Source of the DNA: Folioceros fuciformis
Lineage: Eukaryota
Direction: 5' to 3'
DNA: 63,098 nucleotides
Assembly (NCBI GenBank): GCA_049999805.1
Contig: JBNGIO010005370.1
Location: 1-63,098, forward strand
Shown here: positions 23,699 to 35,355 of the stretch, piece by piece
Numbering within the stretch: position 1 is the first letter of the stretch
How the letters are laid out: each line of letters opens with the position of its first letter
Notes under the pieces: model-generated
What the model was told of the DNA's origin: nothing
Seen by the model: the letters and a program-made list of their open reading frames with translations, nothing else
Databases searched by the model: none
Program-made: the position numbers and the translations under genes

Positions 23699-25997
23699 AT
23701 GCCGTCGAGTGCTGCCGGCCCCGTCGCTGGGGAGGTTGTGAGTAATGGTAAATCCGAGGGCAAAGATGCTGTCAAGAGCCAGGGCTCTGGAGACAGATCT
23801 ACTTTTTTGGCTGTTTATGACACCTTGAAGAGCCTGTTGTTAGCGGATTCCAAGGCTTTCTCTTACACGGCCGAGTCACGAGCTTGGGTTGAAGAGGTGA
23901 TGCCAATGCCTGAGCTCTGTGATTCCCGCTCCAGTCCGGATGTGGGATTGTGCACTGACATTTTGTTTCTTTCCCGGGCAGATGCTCGACTACAACGTGC
24001 CTGGAGGTAGGCTTGCGACCTTGTGGTTGATGGCTTATGCATATTGCTGGTTCAAAGAGTCTTGGTCTCTCTGCGAAGGTTTTGTGTCGTTACGGTCTTC
24101 ATATCACGTCTGTGACTGCAGGGAAGCTGAACAGGGGACTGTCCGTGATCGACAGTTTGAGGCAATTGAAAAGCGAAGAGCTGTCGGAGCAAGAGGTTTT
24201 TCTGGCATGCGCTCTTGGATGGTGCATTGAGTGGGTAAGATAGTCATTTATGTCACCTGTGCAAGCGCTCAGAGGTGTAGCGTGTTATGGTCTGGTTCTT
24301 ACAGCAGGCTGGACCATGTTTGTTGATCATGCAGCTTCAGGCGTATTTTTTAGTGCTTGACGATATCATGGATAGCTCAGTGACCCGTCGAGGACAGCCT
24401 TGCTGGTTCCGTGTCCCGAAGGTCAGAATGCAGATGGGTACATCACCGTCTCAGTAGTCTTTGCAAGCACCTTGTTCCTCAGTCTGTGTTCGTTTCTTTC
24501 ACCAGAGCTGAACTGGGGTTTTGATGTTCTGTAGGTGGGGTCGATAGCCATAAACGATGGGGTCCTTTTGCGGAACCACATTTTTATAATTTTAACCACA
24601 TACTTTCGGGATCATCCCGTCTATGTTGACCTCCTGGAGCTCTTCAATGAAGTATGTGATCCAAGGACCAGCCCATCTCCTTTACATTGTCTATGGCATT
24701 GACATAGGAATTTTGCGTGACGGAATGGTTCGTTTTCCAGGTGGAGTATCAAACGTCTTCAGGTCAAATGCTTGATTTGATCACCACCCCTGCTGGGGAG
24801 GTTGACTTGTCCAAATATATTCTCCCAACGTAATATTCTTTCAAAATGACTGATAATGTGCAGATTCACTCTCGGTCTTGGTGATGGGACCAATCTGGGG
24901 CTTTAACTTGTAACTGCCTTTTGCAGATACATCCGAATTGTGCAGTTCAAAACTGCTTATTATTCATTCTACCTTCCTGTAAGCCCCGAATGACTTCATT
25001 TGGATCTGGGCTGGTTGTACGTTCGTGAGTCCAACAGCCCTGTGGGTTTCGTAGGTTGCATGTGCTCTGCTGCTGGCTGGAGAAAGCTTGGCTAAGCATG
25101 AATCAGTGAAGGATATTCTTGTACAGATGGGCACCTATTTTCAAGTGCAGGTAACCCTACATTTCCATCACAGGGCATAACAGCTCAGACTCTTGGCATG
25201 GTTGGGTAAGACTCTGTCTTTACCTCTCGTGCAGGTGCTCCTGACTGATGGGTGAGTATGGTGGCAGGATGATTTCCTGGACTGCTATGGCGATCCTCAA
25301 TTCATTGGAAAGGTTGGTATTGAGGTTATTTTAAGCAGTCCTCTGTGCGGAGTGTAATTAGTTCCTGTACCTGTCCGGATTGTCATTGGAGGATCTTCTT
25401 ATTGGTCTATTGAGCAGGTTGGTACGGACATAGAAGACACAAAATGTTCCTGGTTGGTAGTTCAAGCCTTGCAGCGAGCAGATGACGAACAGAAGGAGAG
25501 GATTAAGGTACTCTATACCGCTTGCTATTGATCTTGAGGACTTCATTTGTAACTTGATTTTTATAGTCATTCTATCCGATCTCAGAGAAACTACGGGAAA
25601 CATGATGCTGCTAAGGTCGCAGAAGTCAAGAAAGTCTACAACGAGCTAAATTTGCAGGTAGTTTTATGTTTGCCTGTACTGTGGAGCCGTTGTCTAGGGC
25701 CTTCGTCCTGATAATCACAACCTTCCTGGAACTCTCCTGTGAGCACGCGTTTCACCTTTATTAATTCCACAACTATTCTTACCCAGAAAGTGTACGCGGA
25801 CTACGAGCAAGAGAGCTACGAGAAGCTGACCGCTGCTATAGGGCAGCAGGAAAGTGCGAATATTCAAGTAAGCCCGTGTTGACCAGTAGGCTTTTCTTAT
25901 AGCTTGCTTGAGAGCGTGCTTTACGGCACAGTGACTGTGCTTCGTGCAGGGTGTGCTCAATAAATTTCTCGGGAAGATCTACAAGAGGTCGAAGTAG
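23699..25997 (+). CDS. FPS: Farnesyl diphosphate synthase, multi-exon
   Basis: [85 protein letters not shown]; ends KIYKRSK*. Start may be 23627 or 23699. Confidence 0.96.
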
Positions 25998-26322
25998 GAA
26001 ATGTACTGCTGTACTCCCTCAGGGACATCGACGCGGATTCATTCTTTCTCTGCCGTTGGCAGCCAGCAAGATGCTCCTATTTGCCCATGGAAAATCAGGG
26101 TTCTGATCAACTCAAAATTTGTATGACGACAGGCAAACAACAAGCCTGATATGTGATTCGAATTTGATTTGTCCTAGGAAGTGGAAACCACATATAAGAC
26201 CTTACACCTATGCCATAGCTGACGCCTCCTGCCTTGTTGCAGTGGCAAACTCACATGTTGGATTTCGATACTTGACGTCTGATACCATAGATCAGGGGTG
26301 CCGCATAGGCCTTTCTTGGTTG

Positions 26323-27053
26323 CTATTCTACAACCTTTACTAAGACTGCTTGCAAGTGTTTCTGCAATTCGCAAGTTGTTGTTGCCATATCCACACTGTA
26401 CTTCAATTCTCCACTGACAACCTCAAATGTCCTGGAAATTGCAGTGACCTGCACCGCCACGTCATTGTAACCCTCGAACAAACAGAAGGGTGAAACTCAC
26501 AGCATGGATACAGGGGAATTGTGCTACCTTGGACGCGTTCCCGACAACGGCACTCTGGAGCTGTAAGGTTTGTTTGGACGCATCGTAGGTACCTTTCTGC
26601 GCACGCATCCGAACATTCTGTCAAATCCGTTTGTCAAGTCTTCATGAGAACTCGGCCATGATAGACGAGTGCCTACCTGAACTTCCGCCAGTCCATTGCT
26701 CTGGGCAATCACCACCTCGATGGAGCCGTCAGGCTTGGGCCGCCAGTATCCACTCTCAGCATGCATAGGCTCTCCGGAGTCGAGTTTCCAGGTTTTCTGC
26801 GTGTATGCAATCACAGGCTGCATCCGAGAAAGGACAAATTCAGAAAGCAGGATGGGAGCAATCAGAAGAGCAGCACAGCAGATCAGCCCGGAAATGGAGT
26901 GACCTTGCCCGTGTGCCACAGCCGAATCTCCTCGCCATACTTGAAAGACTTGATAGTGGGATATCCCCCTTCTCCCTGCCCTCGCCAAGTACCCAGCAAG
27001 AAAGCAAGCGGCTGCAGAGCCGGATGCAGCGGGAAAGAACTTCCTTGTGCCAT
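26323..27053 (-). CDS. Nitrobindin (DUF1794/THAP4-like heme beta-barrel), 4 exons
   Basis: [48 protein letters not shown]. Last exon ...[22 protein letters not shown] has a His at the expected heme-ligand position. Confidence 0.92.
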
Positions 27054-27780
27054 CAATGCTGCCGCTGAATGCTTGTTTGAATTTTTTCTACGCGCTAGCA
27101 AAAATGGGGGTCACAAGCACCTCGCCCTCGGCCCATTTTGTCTATGTGCCCAACTAGACCTATATTCCCCGTTACTTCGGAGTAGGATTGATTCCTGCAG
27201 GATTCTCTCGAATCAAGTGCTTGGAAGTTGGAATGACCGCCAATGACCGGGCTCAGGCCTTACATTGATTTCATCTCCAACACATCCAACTGTCCTCCAT
27301 TCCTCACACCCTACAGTTGTGGTCGGCTTTCCGTTGAAGGTCGAGGCCAGAGGTGCTCATGGATATATGTACATACATTGGTAACTTATGATTTACATGA
27401 TATCGACATAAATATGTACTGCGTCTGGCATCGACTCCGGTTTGTCCACGCAGCTTGCCTGACGACGCTGTGGGGTAAAGGTGAGAGGCCTTTTAGTCCA
27501 AGAGAAACTGAGGAAAGGAGACCAGTCCCGGACGCAATTCAAGCAAAAGATGAAGACTCATGGTGGGAAACTCCAGGCACCAACCATTTATGGATTTGCT
27601 TCAGGTCTCAGATCACAGAGCTGGACGACCGGTCCACAGCTAAGTCTTATCTCTCTGAGCAGGACCAGAGTCCTACCGAGATAGATAGTTAGCCCGTACA
27701 GAGGAAAGTCCCATTGAAAGCCGTTCGAAGAGTTGTACAGTGTGTATGATGAGAATCACCTGTGGGCACACGTCCACTCG

Positions 27781-29011
27781 TCAGCCTTCGCGCTCCTTGA
27801 AGAATTTGATGTGATCTCAGCCGACACAAGTTCAGGGCGTTCCTGTTACATGAAGTGATTGGCACATTGGACGAGTACAGCCTCCTTCGGCTTTGGGACG
27901 AGCCACTTGAACCCTCCTTCGTGCAGATATTCGTTTACTACCAGGGAAATCGTACACCAGATCCTTCTTACCAATGATGAACAACGCAAGAATATCTGGG
28001 ATACCGGTCTCACTCCAGGCAGCTTTTAGCTCCCATGACCTGTGCATGCAGAAACAAGTGTGATGGCAACCACAGGCATGTGGCTATGATATTTGAAGAT
28101 GCAACCCTTACTGCAACGCACTGGTCGTGACGAAGAAACAACCGTACCTGTCCAGCGAACGATAATGGTTCAGGGGAGTGGTACGAAGTGAGCTAAATCC
28201 TGCTCTGTAAACCACGGCGGAAGTTCTTCAGGTGCATCAGCTGTGAAGTCGTCTTCCTCAGGTTTGTCCTCGTTCTGGAAAGGTCTCTCGGCGAGTAACA
28301 GTGCCTTGAGAACGTCTTCATACCCGGTCTTCTCGTACAAAGCCTCCGCCACTCCCTTCTTCGGTCAGTGCACCATCTCACGACCCGTCCACCACGGACG
28401 GTGGCATCCGAGCTGCCGTTCTGTCATCATCGTTACCGTCCCTGATAGCGCGCCACCCTAAACCCTGAACCCTAAGGCGACAAGCCCCGACGCAATTGTG
28501 TCACGATACTCCCGACAGGAAGGCGAGGGGAGGCAGGAAAAGTACACTCAGTATCACAGCCGCTTTCACACGATCCGGCCACAGCAAGCACAAATCCCTG
28601 GCAAGGATAGCTCCGAAGTCGTGTCCCGTCAGGAATGCGTGCCACAAACAGAGATCCCTCAGCACGCACACAGAGCTCTCCAACCCTTGCAAACCAGCTA
28701 AGCTACAGCGCAGGAGACTCCGGACCCTTGTTGACACCGTAGCCTCGGAGGTCAGGAGCCACACCGTGGAGACCCGCCGCTGCCAGAGCTGGCAGCTGAT
28801 GTCGCCAAGAATACCAGCTCTCAGGATATCAATGCAGCAGCATCACAACAGGCCCTGCAATCCATTGAACTCAGAAATCGAGGCTCCAGACATGCATGCA
28901 GCCACAAACATCATCCGGTATCTTCTAGGCTTCAAACTGACCGGATCCCTGATCCACGATGCAAATTTTCAGGCCGTTGGCATCCACAAATCGATGCGTC
29001 ACTTCTCCCAT
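27781..29011 (-). pseudogene. Epoxide hydrolase pseudogene, inverted
   Basis: Homologous pieces (MGEVTHRFV, GHDFGA, KPEEDDFTADAPEELPPWFTEQDL, SWELKAAW) with frameshifts, stops and deletions. Confidence 0.85.
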
Positions 29012-29968
29012 CCTGCTGGGCTCGGCGCTCTCTGGACTCCACAACATACAGCTCCGATTCCCCACCCCGGTGACAACGGCAGCTGTCCATCCCCGCGATC
29101 CACCGTCTATGGTGTGCTTTCGACAAGGGGACTCTCTTGCTCCTGCACGGCGTGCACCTCATCTAGGTACAGCAGGATGCTTAGTGCTTCCACCCACGGC
29201 TTACTCTGCAATCGAGGGATTTATTAGAATAATTCGTGGCCAGCTGCAGATCTCGCTCTCAGAAAGTAGCTTCGTCATGAAGTACTTACGTTCTACAACC
29301 TGTTCGAGAAGAAACGAAGAGTTTTATTCGTTGTGGATGACAACGATCCCACAACCAAAAGTTGTTGGTCTGTTGAGAACGCCCGTTGTAACAATGCGAA
29401 ATGCACTTGAAAGGGCTTGAGAGACACGCAACCGTGAAACGACTTGACAAGATTCTTTTCACTGTCGACCCCAAGGACTGAATTCATGGCCACCGTCCTC
29501 CTCGGATCATTTGCTGATCTCGGCTGAAGAAAAAGTTTTGGAGGCTGCAGCTCCGTCCCTTGACGCGCTCCTTGCGCCTATACTCTCCTCGAGCAATTTG
29601 TGAAGCGCGTTATATACTGCATATTTCTGAGAAAACAAGCTTCACATGAAGCCACACCAGCCATCGCACTCTCTTGTCGCACAGTTCACCAAGAGCGTAT
29701 ATCGGTGGTCATCGAGGTCGGTTTCTCTAAACTTCCATACACTTGCAGATGTGACAAGAGCAAAGTCCACTGACAGGAGCTAGGCTTCTGCTTTCTAAAA
29801 AAAGAACGAGGAACAATCCTCCACTCAGAAACGGTGCCTCCTCGGATTACGCGCCTGGTTGATGCCATCAGATAGTAAGGGTTGGGCCTGGCAGCTACAT
29901 TCATGCACCATCCTGAGGCCGGGAGGTAGCGGAAGGTAGCCAAGCTTGTGGAGCTCGGAGCTGATCGG

Positions 29969-31312
29969 ATGGGGGAAGTAACGCATCGCTTTGTGGAGGC
30001 CAATGGTCTGAAAATTCACATTGCGGAACAGGGATCCGGTGAGTCGGGATATGGAGGATGCATGCAGGTTTGGAAAGGTGTCTGCATAATCTTGTGCTGG
30101 TTAGCATTTGGCGGATGAGGCTGCGGATGTTTGTTGTAGGACCGATTGTGCTGCTGCTTCACGGATTTCCTGAGAGCTGGTACTCTTGGCGGCACCAGCT
30201 GCCAGCTTTGGCAGCCGCGGGGTTCCATGCTGTTGCTCCTGACATCCGAGGGTACGGCGAGACCAAGGGGCCGGAATCTCCTGAGGAGTACACCGCGCTG
30301 CACCAAGTGGGAGACATTATTGGCCTGCTTGATGCTCTCGGGGAGAAGAAGGTAGGCGGACATGCACAGGCTCCTTGTCTAGATTTCGGTGCGTTTCAAT
30401 GCTTAGGCCGGGTGGAGGTGAGCCTAAGCAGACTGGTTTTGCAGGCATTTGTGGTGGCACACGATTGGGGAGCAGCGCACGCATGGGATCTTTGCTTGAT
30501 GCGGCCAGACCGTGTGAGAGCCCTTGTGTCATTGAGTGTGCCATTCCTGCCTCGCAGTTCCAGCGGAAGCCTCTTGAAGCAGTTTAGTGCTGTTGAAGGA
30601 GAAGGTTTCTACATGGTCCGGTACCAGGTATGGCAGCGCCCTGTAAGCCTGAGGTTTACCGTGCATGTGCGTGACTTGTTCATGGTTGACGCTGTTGAGG
30701 TGCTGGTGGCGGGTTGGCAGAAAAAGGGACAGACTGAGGCATTGTACGAGAAGAAGGGGTATGACTTTGTTCTGAAAGGACTTCTCGTTGGAGAGAAAGG
30801 TTTTAAGCATGTGGACAAACCTGAGGAAGAAGACTTCACAGCTGATCCACCTGAAGAACTTCCGCCTTGGTTCACCGAGGAGGATTTGGCTCACTACGTA
30901 AACACGTTCAAGAAGATAGGGTTCACCACACCTCTGAACGTCTATCGTGCCATCGAGAGGTCAGTGGTTCTGGATCCATCCCCTAATTTCCAATTCGTTG
31001 GGCTCCGGTGTCACGCCCGCCGGGGCCTTGCATCATACTCGTCTATGCATACACAGGTCTTGGGAATTGAAGGCTCCTTGGAACGAGTGTGGCATCCCCG
31101 ACACTCCTGCCTTGGTCATCGTAGGAGACAAGGATCTGGTATACCACTTCCCTGGAATAAAGGAGTATATACACGGAGGGGCCTTCAAGGCGGATGTGCC
31201 AAAGCTGAAGGAGACCATAGTCGTCGAAGGTGCACATCATTTCATACAGCAGGAGCGTCCAGACCTTATCTCAACCAACATCATTAAGTTTTTCAAGGAG
31301 CACAGTGACTGA
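29969..31312 (+). CDS. Soluble epoxide hydrolase (alpha/beta fold), apparently intact, 5 exons
   Basis: [13 protein letters not shown], nucleophile AHDWGA, lid Tyr FYMVRY and LNVYRA, GDKDL, GAHHFIQQE. Confidence 0.93.
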
Positions 31313-31419
31313 CGAATCCTTGGCCACAGGATCATATTGTTTGGTACATTGCGTTAACTTCTATATATAGCCAACAGAAAACGAATCTTTCTTGTTATGT
31401 ATCTCCCAAAATTGCGATT

Positions 31420-31765
31420 CATACTAAGCAATGCATGTCCAACAAAAATGTGTGTCCCAACATCTCTGTGAATCTCCACAACATGAAACTCCAAGTTCCC
31501 CTTCTTTAATGACTGGATCTTGACAGTGCTACCATGCATGCGTATTTTTATCCCGTTTTCTGCAAATATTGCACATACTCAAATGGCCAAACAACAAGGA
31601 TTCAGCCTGGTCCATGCTTCTTGCTTCACTCGCTGCGTCAAGACCTGTTGTGCATCCACATCCACAAGGCTCCCACACCTTGCATAGCCACACATGGAAG
31701 ACACACTGCTGCCAACAACGAGATCTGAAGCAAGTCCTTTGACAGCCGCTGCAGCATGCAGAACC
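31420..31765 (-). pseudogene. Degenerate PPR fragment similar to ~37150-37570 of the downstream PPR gene
   Basis: GSTVKIQSLKKGNLEFH...VGTHIFVGHALLSM matches GSIVKIQSLRKGKEIH...VGTDFFVGNALLSM. Confidence 0.8.
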
Positions 31766-32223
31766 ACTCCATGCCCACTCATTGTTTGTCTGCCTTGTAG
31801 AATGGAACATGGCTGCACACCTGGAACAATCACGGTTCCTCCTTCCTCTCCAATGTCCGTGTGCATATACACCAGGCAACCAACGTCACCAGATCAAATT
31901 CGAACTGAACCTGCACATCCAAGCGTCGACAGAAACTGCAGCATGAGCTGTGGAAAGAGCTTGCTAGGCCCGCTCATGGCTGGCGACACCGCGTGGATGT
32001 GACCAGCTGAAAATTTGTTCGAGGCACGTCAGTCGACCTCAACCTGACTATTGTATCTGTTTCGCGAGACGCCGCTTTGAGTCCTTCGATTTTGCACATG
32101 TTCAATGCCTCTGTAGGGTAGGGTTGAGCTGGCAACGTGGAGGTGGAATCCTTATGCATGCAGCATCCTGACACGGGGAGGGAAGCGGAGTTGGCCAAGG
32201 TTTGGGATCGCTGAGCTCACAGC

Positions 32224-33539
32224 ATGGGAGAAATAACGCATCGCTTTGTGGAGGCCAACGGTTTGAAAATTCACATTGCGGAACAGGGATCCGGTAGGTC
32301 CCCAGGAATGCGAGAGGATCCATGAATGTTTGGAAAAATGTTGCAGTTCTTGTGCTGGTTAGCATGTGATGGATGAGGCTGCGGATGTTGTTGCAGGACC
32401 GATTGTGCTGCTGCTTCACGGATTTCCTGAGAGCTGGTACTCTTGGCGTCACCAGCTGCCAGCTTTGGCAGCCGTGGGTTTCCATGCTGTTGCTCCTGAC
32501 ATCCGGGGGTACGGCGAGACCAAGGGGCCGGAGTCTCCTGAGGAGTGTACCTCGCTGCACCAAGTGGGAGACATTATTGGCTTGCTTGATGCTCTCGGGG
32601 AGAAAAAGGTAGAAGATGGTACCTTTTGTGGATTTTCGTTGCTTTGTTATGGCGAAACTCCGGTACAGCTGGGGCTGACCAGACTGGTTTTGCAGGCATT
32701 TGTGGTTGCACATGATTGGGGAGCAGCGCACGCATGGGATCTGTGCTTGATGCGGCCAGATCGTGTGAGAGCTCTTGTGACACTGTGTGTGCCATTCTTC
32801 CCTCGCAGTCCTGGCGGCAGCTTGTTGAAGCAGTTTCGTGCCCTCGAAGGAGAGGGCTTCTATATGGTCCGGTATCAGGTATGGCAGCGTCTTGCAAGCT
32901 TGAGGTTCACTGTGTGTGTTCCATTTGTTCACGGTACACGCCGCTGAGGCACTGGTGGCGGGATGACAGAAAGAGGGAGTTGCGGAGGCTTTGTATGAGA
33001 AGTCCGGGTATGACCGTGTGCTGAAAGGAATCCTTCTTGGCGAGACGCCCTTCAAGAATCTGGACAAGCCTGAAGAAGAAGACTTCACAGCTGATCCTCC
33101 TGAAGAATTTCCGCCCTGGTTCACTGAGCGGGATTTGGCTCATTATGTGGACACGTTCAAGAAGATCGGATTCACCACCGCTCTGAACGTCTATCGTGCC
33201 ATCGAGAGGTCAGTGTTTTCCTTCCATCCCACTGTCATGCGTCAGGTAAGCTCCAGTATTAAGACAGCAATCGCGATTTGCGTGCACAGGTCCTGGGAGC
33301 TGAAGGCTCCTTGAAACGAGTGCGGCATCCCGGACACTCCAGCTTTGGTCATCATCGGAGACAAGGATATGGGGTACCCTGAAATGAAGCATTATGTCCA
33401 CAAAGGAGCTTTCAAGGCGCTTGTCCCAAAGCTCAAGGAGACTGTAATTGTTGAAGGTGCGCATCACTTCATACAGCAGGAGCGTCCCGAACTTGTGTCT
33501 GCCGAGATCATCAAGTTCTTAGAGGAGCACAATGACTGA
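32224..33539 (+). pseudogene. Epoxide hydrolase copy with a premature stop
   Basis: Full exon structure, but TGA at 33312-33314 where the intact copy has TGG. This lies upstream of the catalytic Asp and His. Confidence 0.8.
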
Positions 33540-34010
33540 GGAATGCTCCCTTACAAAGGATCTCGCTTTGTACCTTGTCCACACTTCTATGCACAAACAA
33601 CTTATCGCACAATAGTGATGTACATACATATCACAGAATAGGAATGTACATACCCTGAGTGGATTGGGTGATCCACTTGAGGGAGAAAAACTTCTGACAA
33701 ATTTGTAAACTAGCACTCTCACTGCCGATTAAATAGCAGATTCCTACTGCGACATGGGATACTCCGTTCGAGCCTGAAAATCTAGTATCCTTTCGTAGTC
33801 GCTCTGAAGTGAAGTCGGAGCAATCGAGCAAATCGGATTTTGTTTGCAAGCCTGCAAACATTAGAATGTGTCGTGTGGCCAGGGTGAAGCTTTCGAAGAA
33901 GGCGAATCTGCGGCAACGGTGGATCAAGGGAATGGCCCGAGGCAATTGTAATCGCGGCAGGGAATTGGAGTTGGATTTGGCGTAGTTTAGGGAACGCCGG
34001 GCTTGGCAGG

Positions 34011-35299
34011 ATGGGGGAAGTGACATATCGATTTGTGGTTGCCAACGGCCTAAAAATTCACATCGCGGAGCAAGGATCCGGTCAGTTTGGGATGCAGGAG
34101 AGTGACTGCAGATTTTGTGCTTGGATTTCAATTTTGAGACTTCATTCTTTGGCTTCAAGGCCTGTTGTCCTGCTGCTTCACGGATTTCCTGAGAGCTGGT
34201 ACTCTTGGCGGTACCAGCTGCCGGCTTTGGCAGCCGCGGGTTTTCATGCTGTGGCGCCTGACCTCCGAGGATTCGGTGACACCGAGGGGCCAGAGTCTCC
34301 AGAGGAATACACTGCGCTGCACCTAGCGGCAGACTTCCTTGGTCTGCTCGATGCACTCGGAGCAAAGCAGGTCTCTTCTGAGTCCGCTCCTTGCTGAGGA
34401 AATTTGCAAAAGTTTGAGAGCTGTGTAGGCTGAAAGAGCTGTGTGTGGCAGGCGTTCGTTGTGGGACACGACTTCGGCGCTATCCATGCCTGAGATCTGT
34501 GCTTGTTTCGGCCGGATCGAGTGAAAGCCGCTGCGATGCTGAGTGTGCCTTTCCTGCCTCGCTACCCCAGTGGGAGCATCGTGACACACTTGCGCCAGGC
34601 TTTAGGAGAGGGATTTTACATGGCGCGGTATCAGGTACGGCGAAGATGATGGCTGCAGCTCGGATGCGCCTGTCCGTGGTTGACGCTGCTTGAGGTGGTG
34701 CACTGGCAGGAGAAGGGAGTGGTGGAGGCTTTGTATGAGAAGGCCGGATACGAGCGTGTCCTCAAGGGCCTGTATCTCAGCAGAAGAGCTTTCACGAACC
34801 AGGGTAAGCCAGAGGAGCAGGACTTCATAGCCGGCCCACCGGAAGAATTTCCGACGTGGTTCACAGAGCAAGATTTGGCTCACTTTGTAGACACATTTAA
34901 GAAGTCAGGATTCTCTACTCCCCTGAACCATTATCGTGCGCTTGACAGGTGCGACTGCTTTTGTTCCTTTTGCTCACATCCAGTTTGTGTCTTCGAAACA
35001 TCATTTCCACTTAGGCGGCATCCCAATTGTTGATAAATGCACAGGTCATGGGAGCTGCAAGGTTCTTGGAATGAGAGGGGAATTCCAGACACTCTGCTCT
35101 GTTCATCATTGGGAAGAAGGATCTGGTGCTGCATCTGCCTGGAATGAAGGAATATCTGCTCGGAGGAGGTTTCAAGGCTTTCGTCCCTAAGCTGAAGGAG
35201 TCTATCTTCGTTGAAGGCGCCAGTCACTTCATACAACAGGAACGGCCTGAACTTGTGTCGGCCGAGATCATCAAGTTCTTCAAGGACCGCTGTAGCTGA
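34011..35299 (+). pseudogene. Epoxide hydrolase copy with a premature stop
   Basis: Full exon structure, but TGA at 34491-34493 (GHDFGAIHA*DL) where paralogs have TGG. Confidence 0.8.
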
Positions 35300-35355
35300 T
35301 GACGGGACTTGGTCCCATGTGTACCCCCCCGGGCGTTTGTTAAGCTTTAAGCTGC

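Noticed and set aside
32102-34365. 340-aa and 244-aa minus-strand ORFs
   Set aside because: Antisense shadows of the epoxide hydrolase copies.
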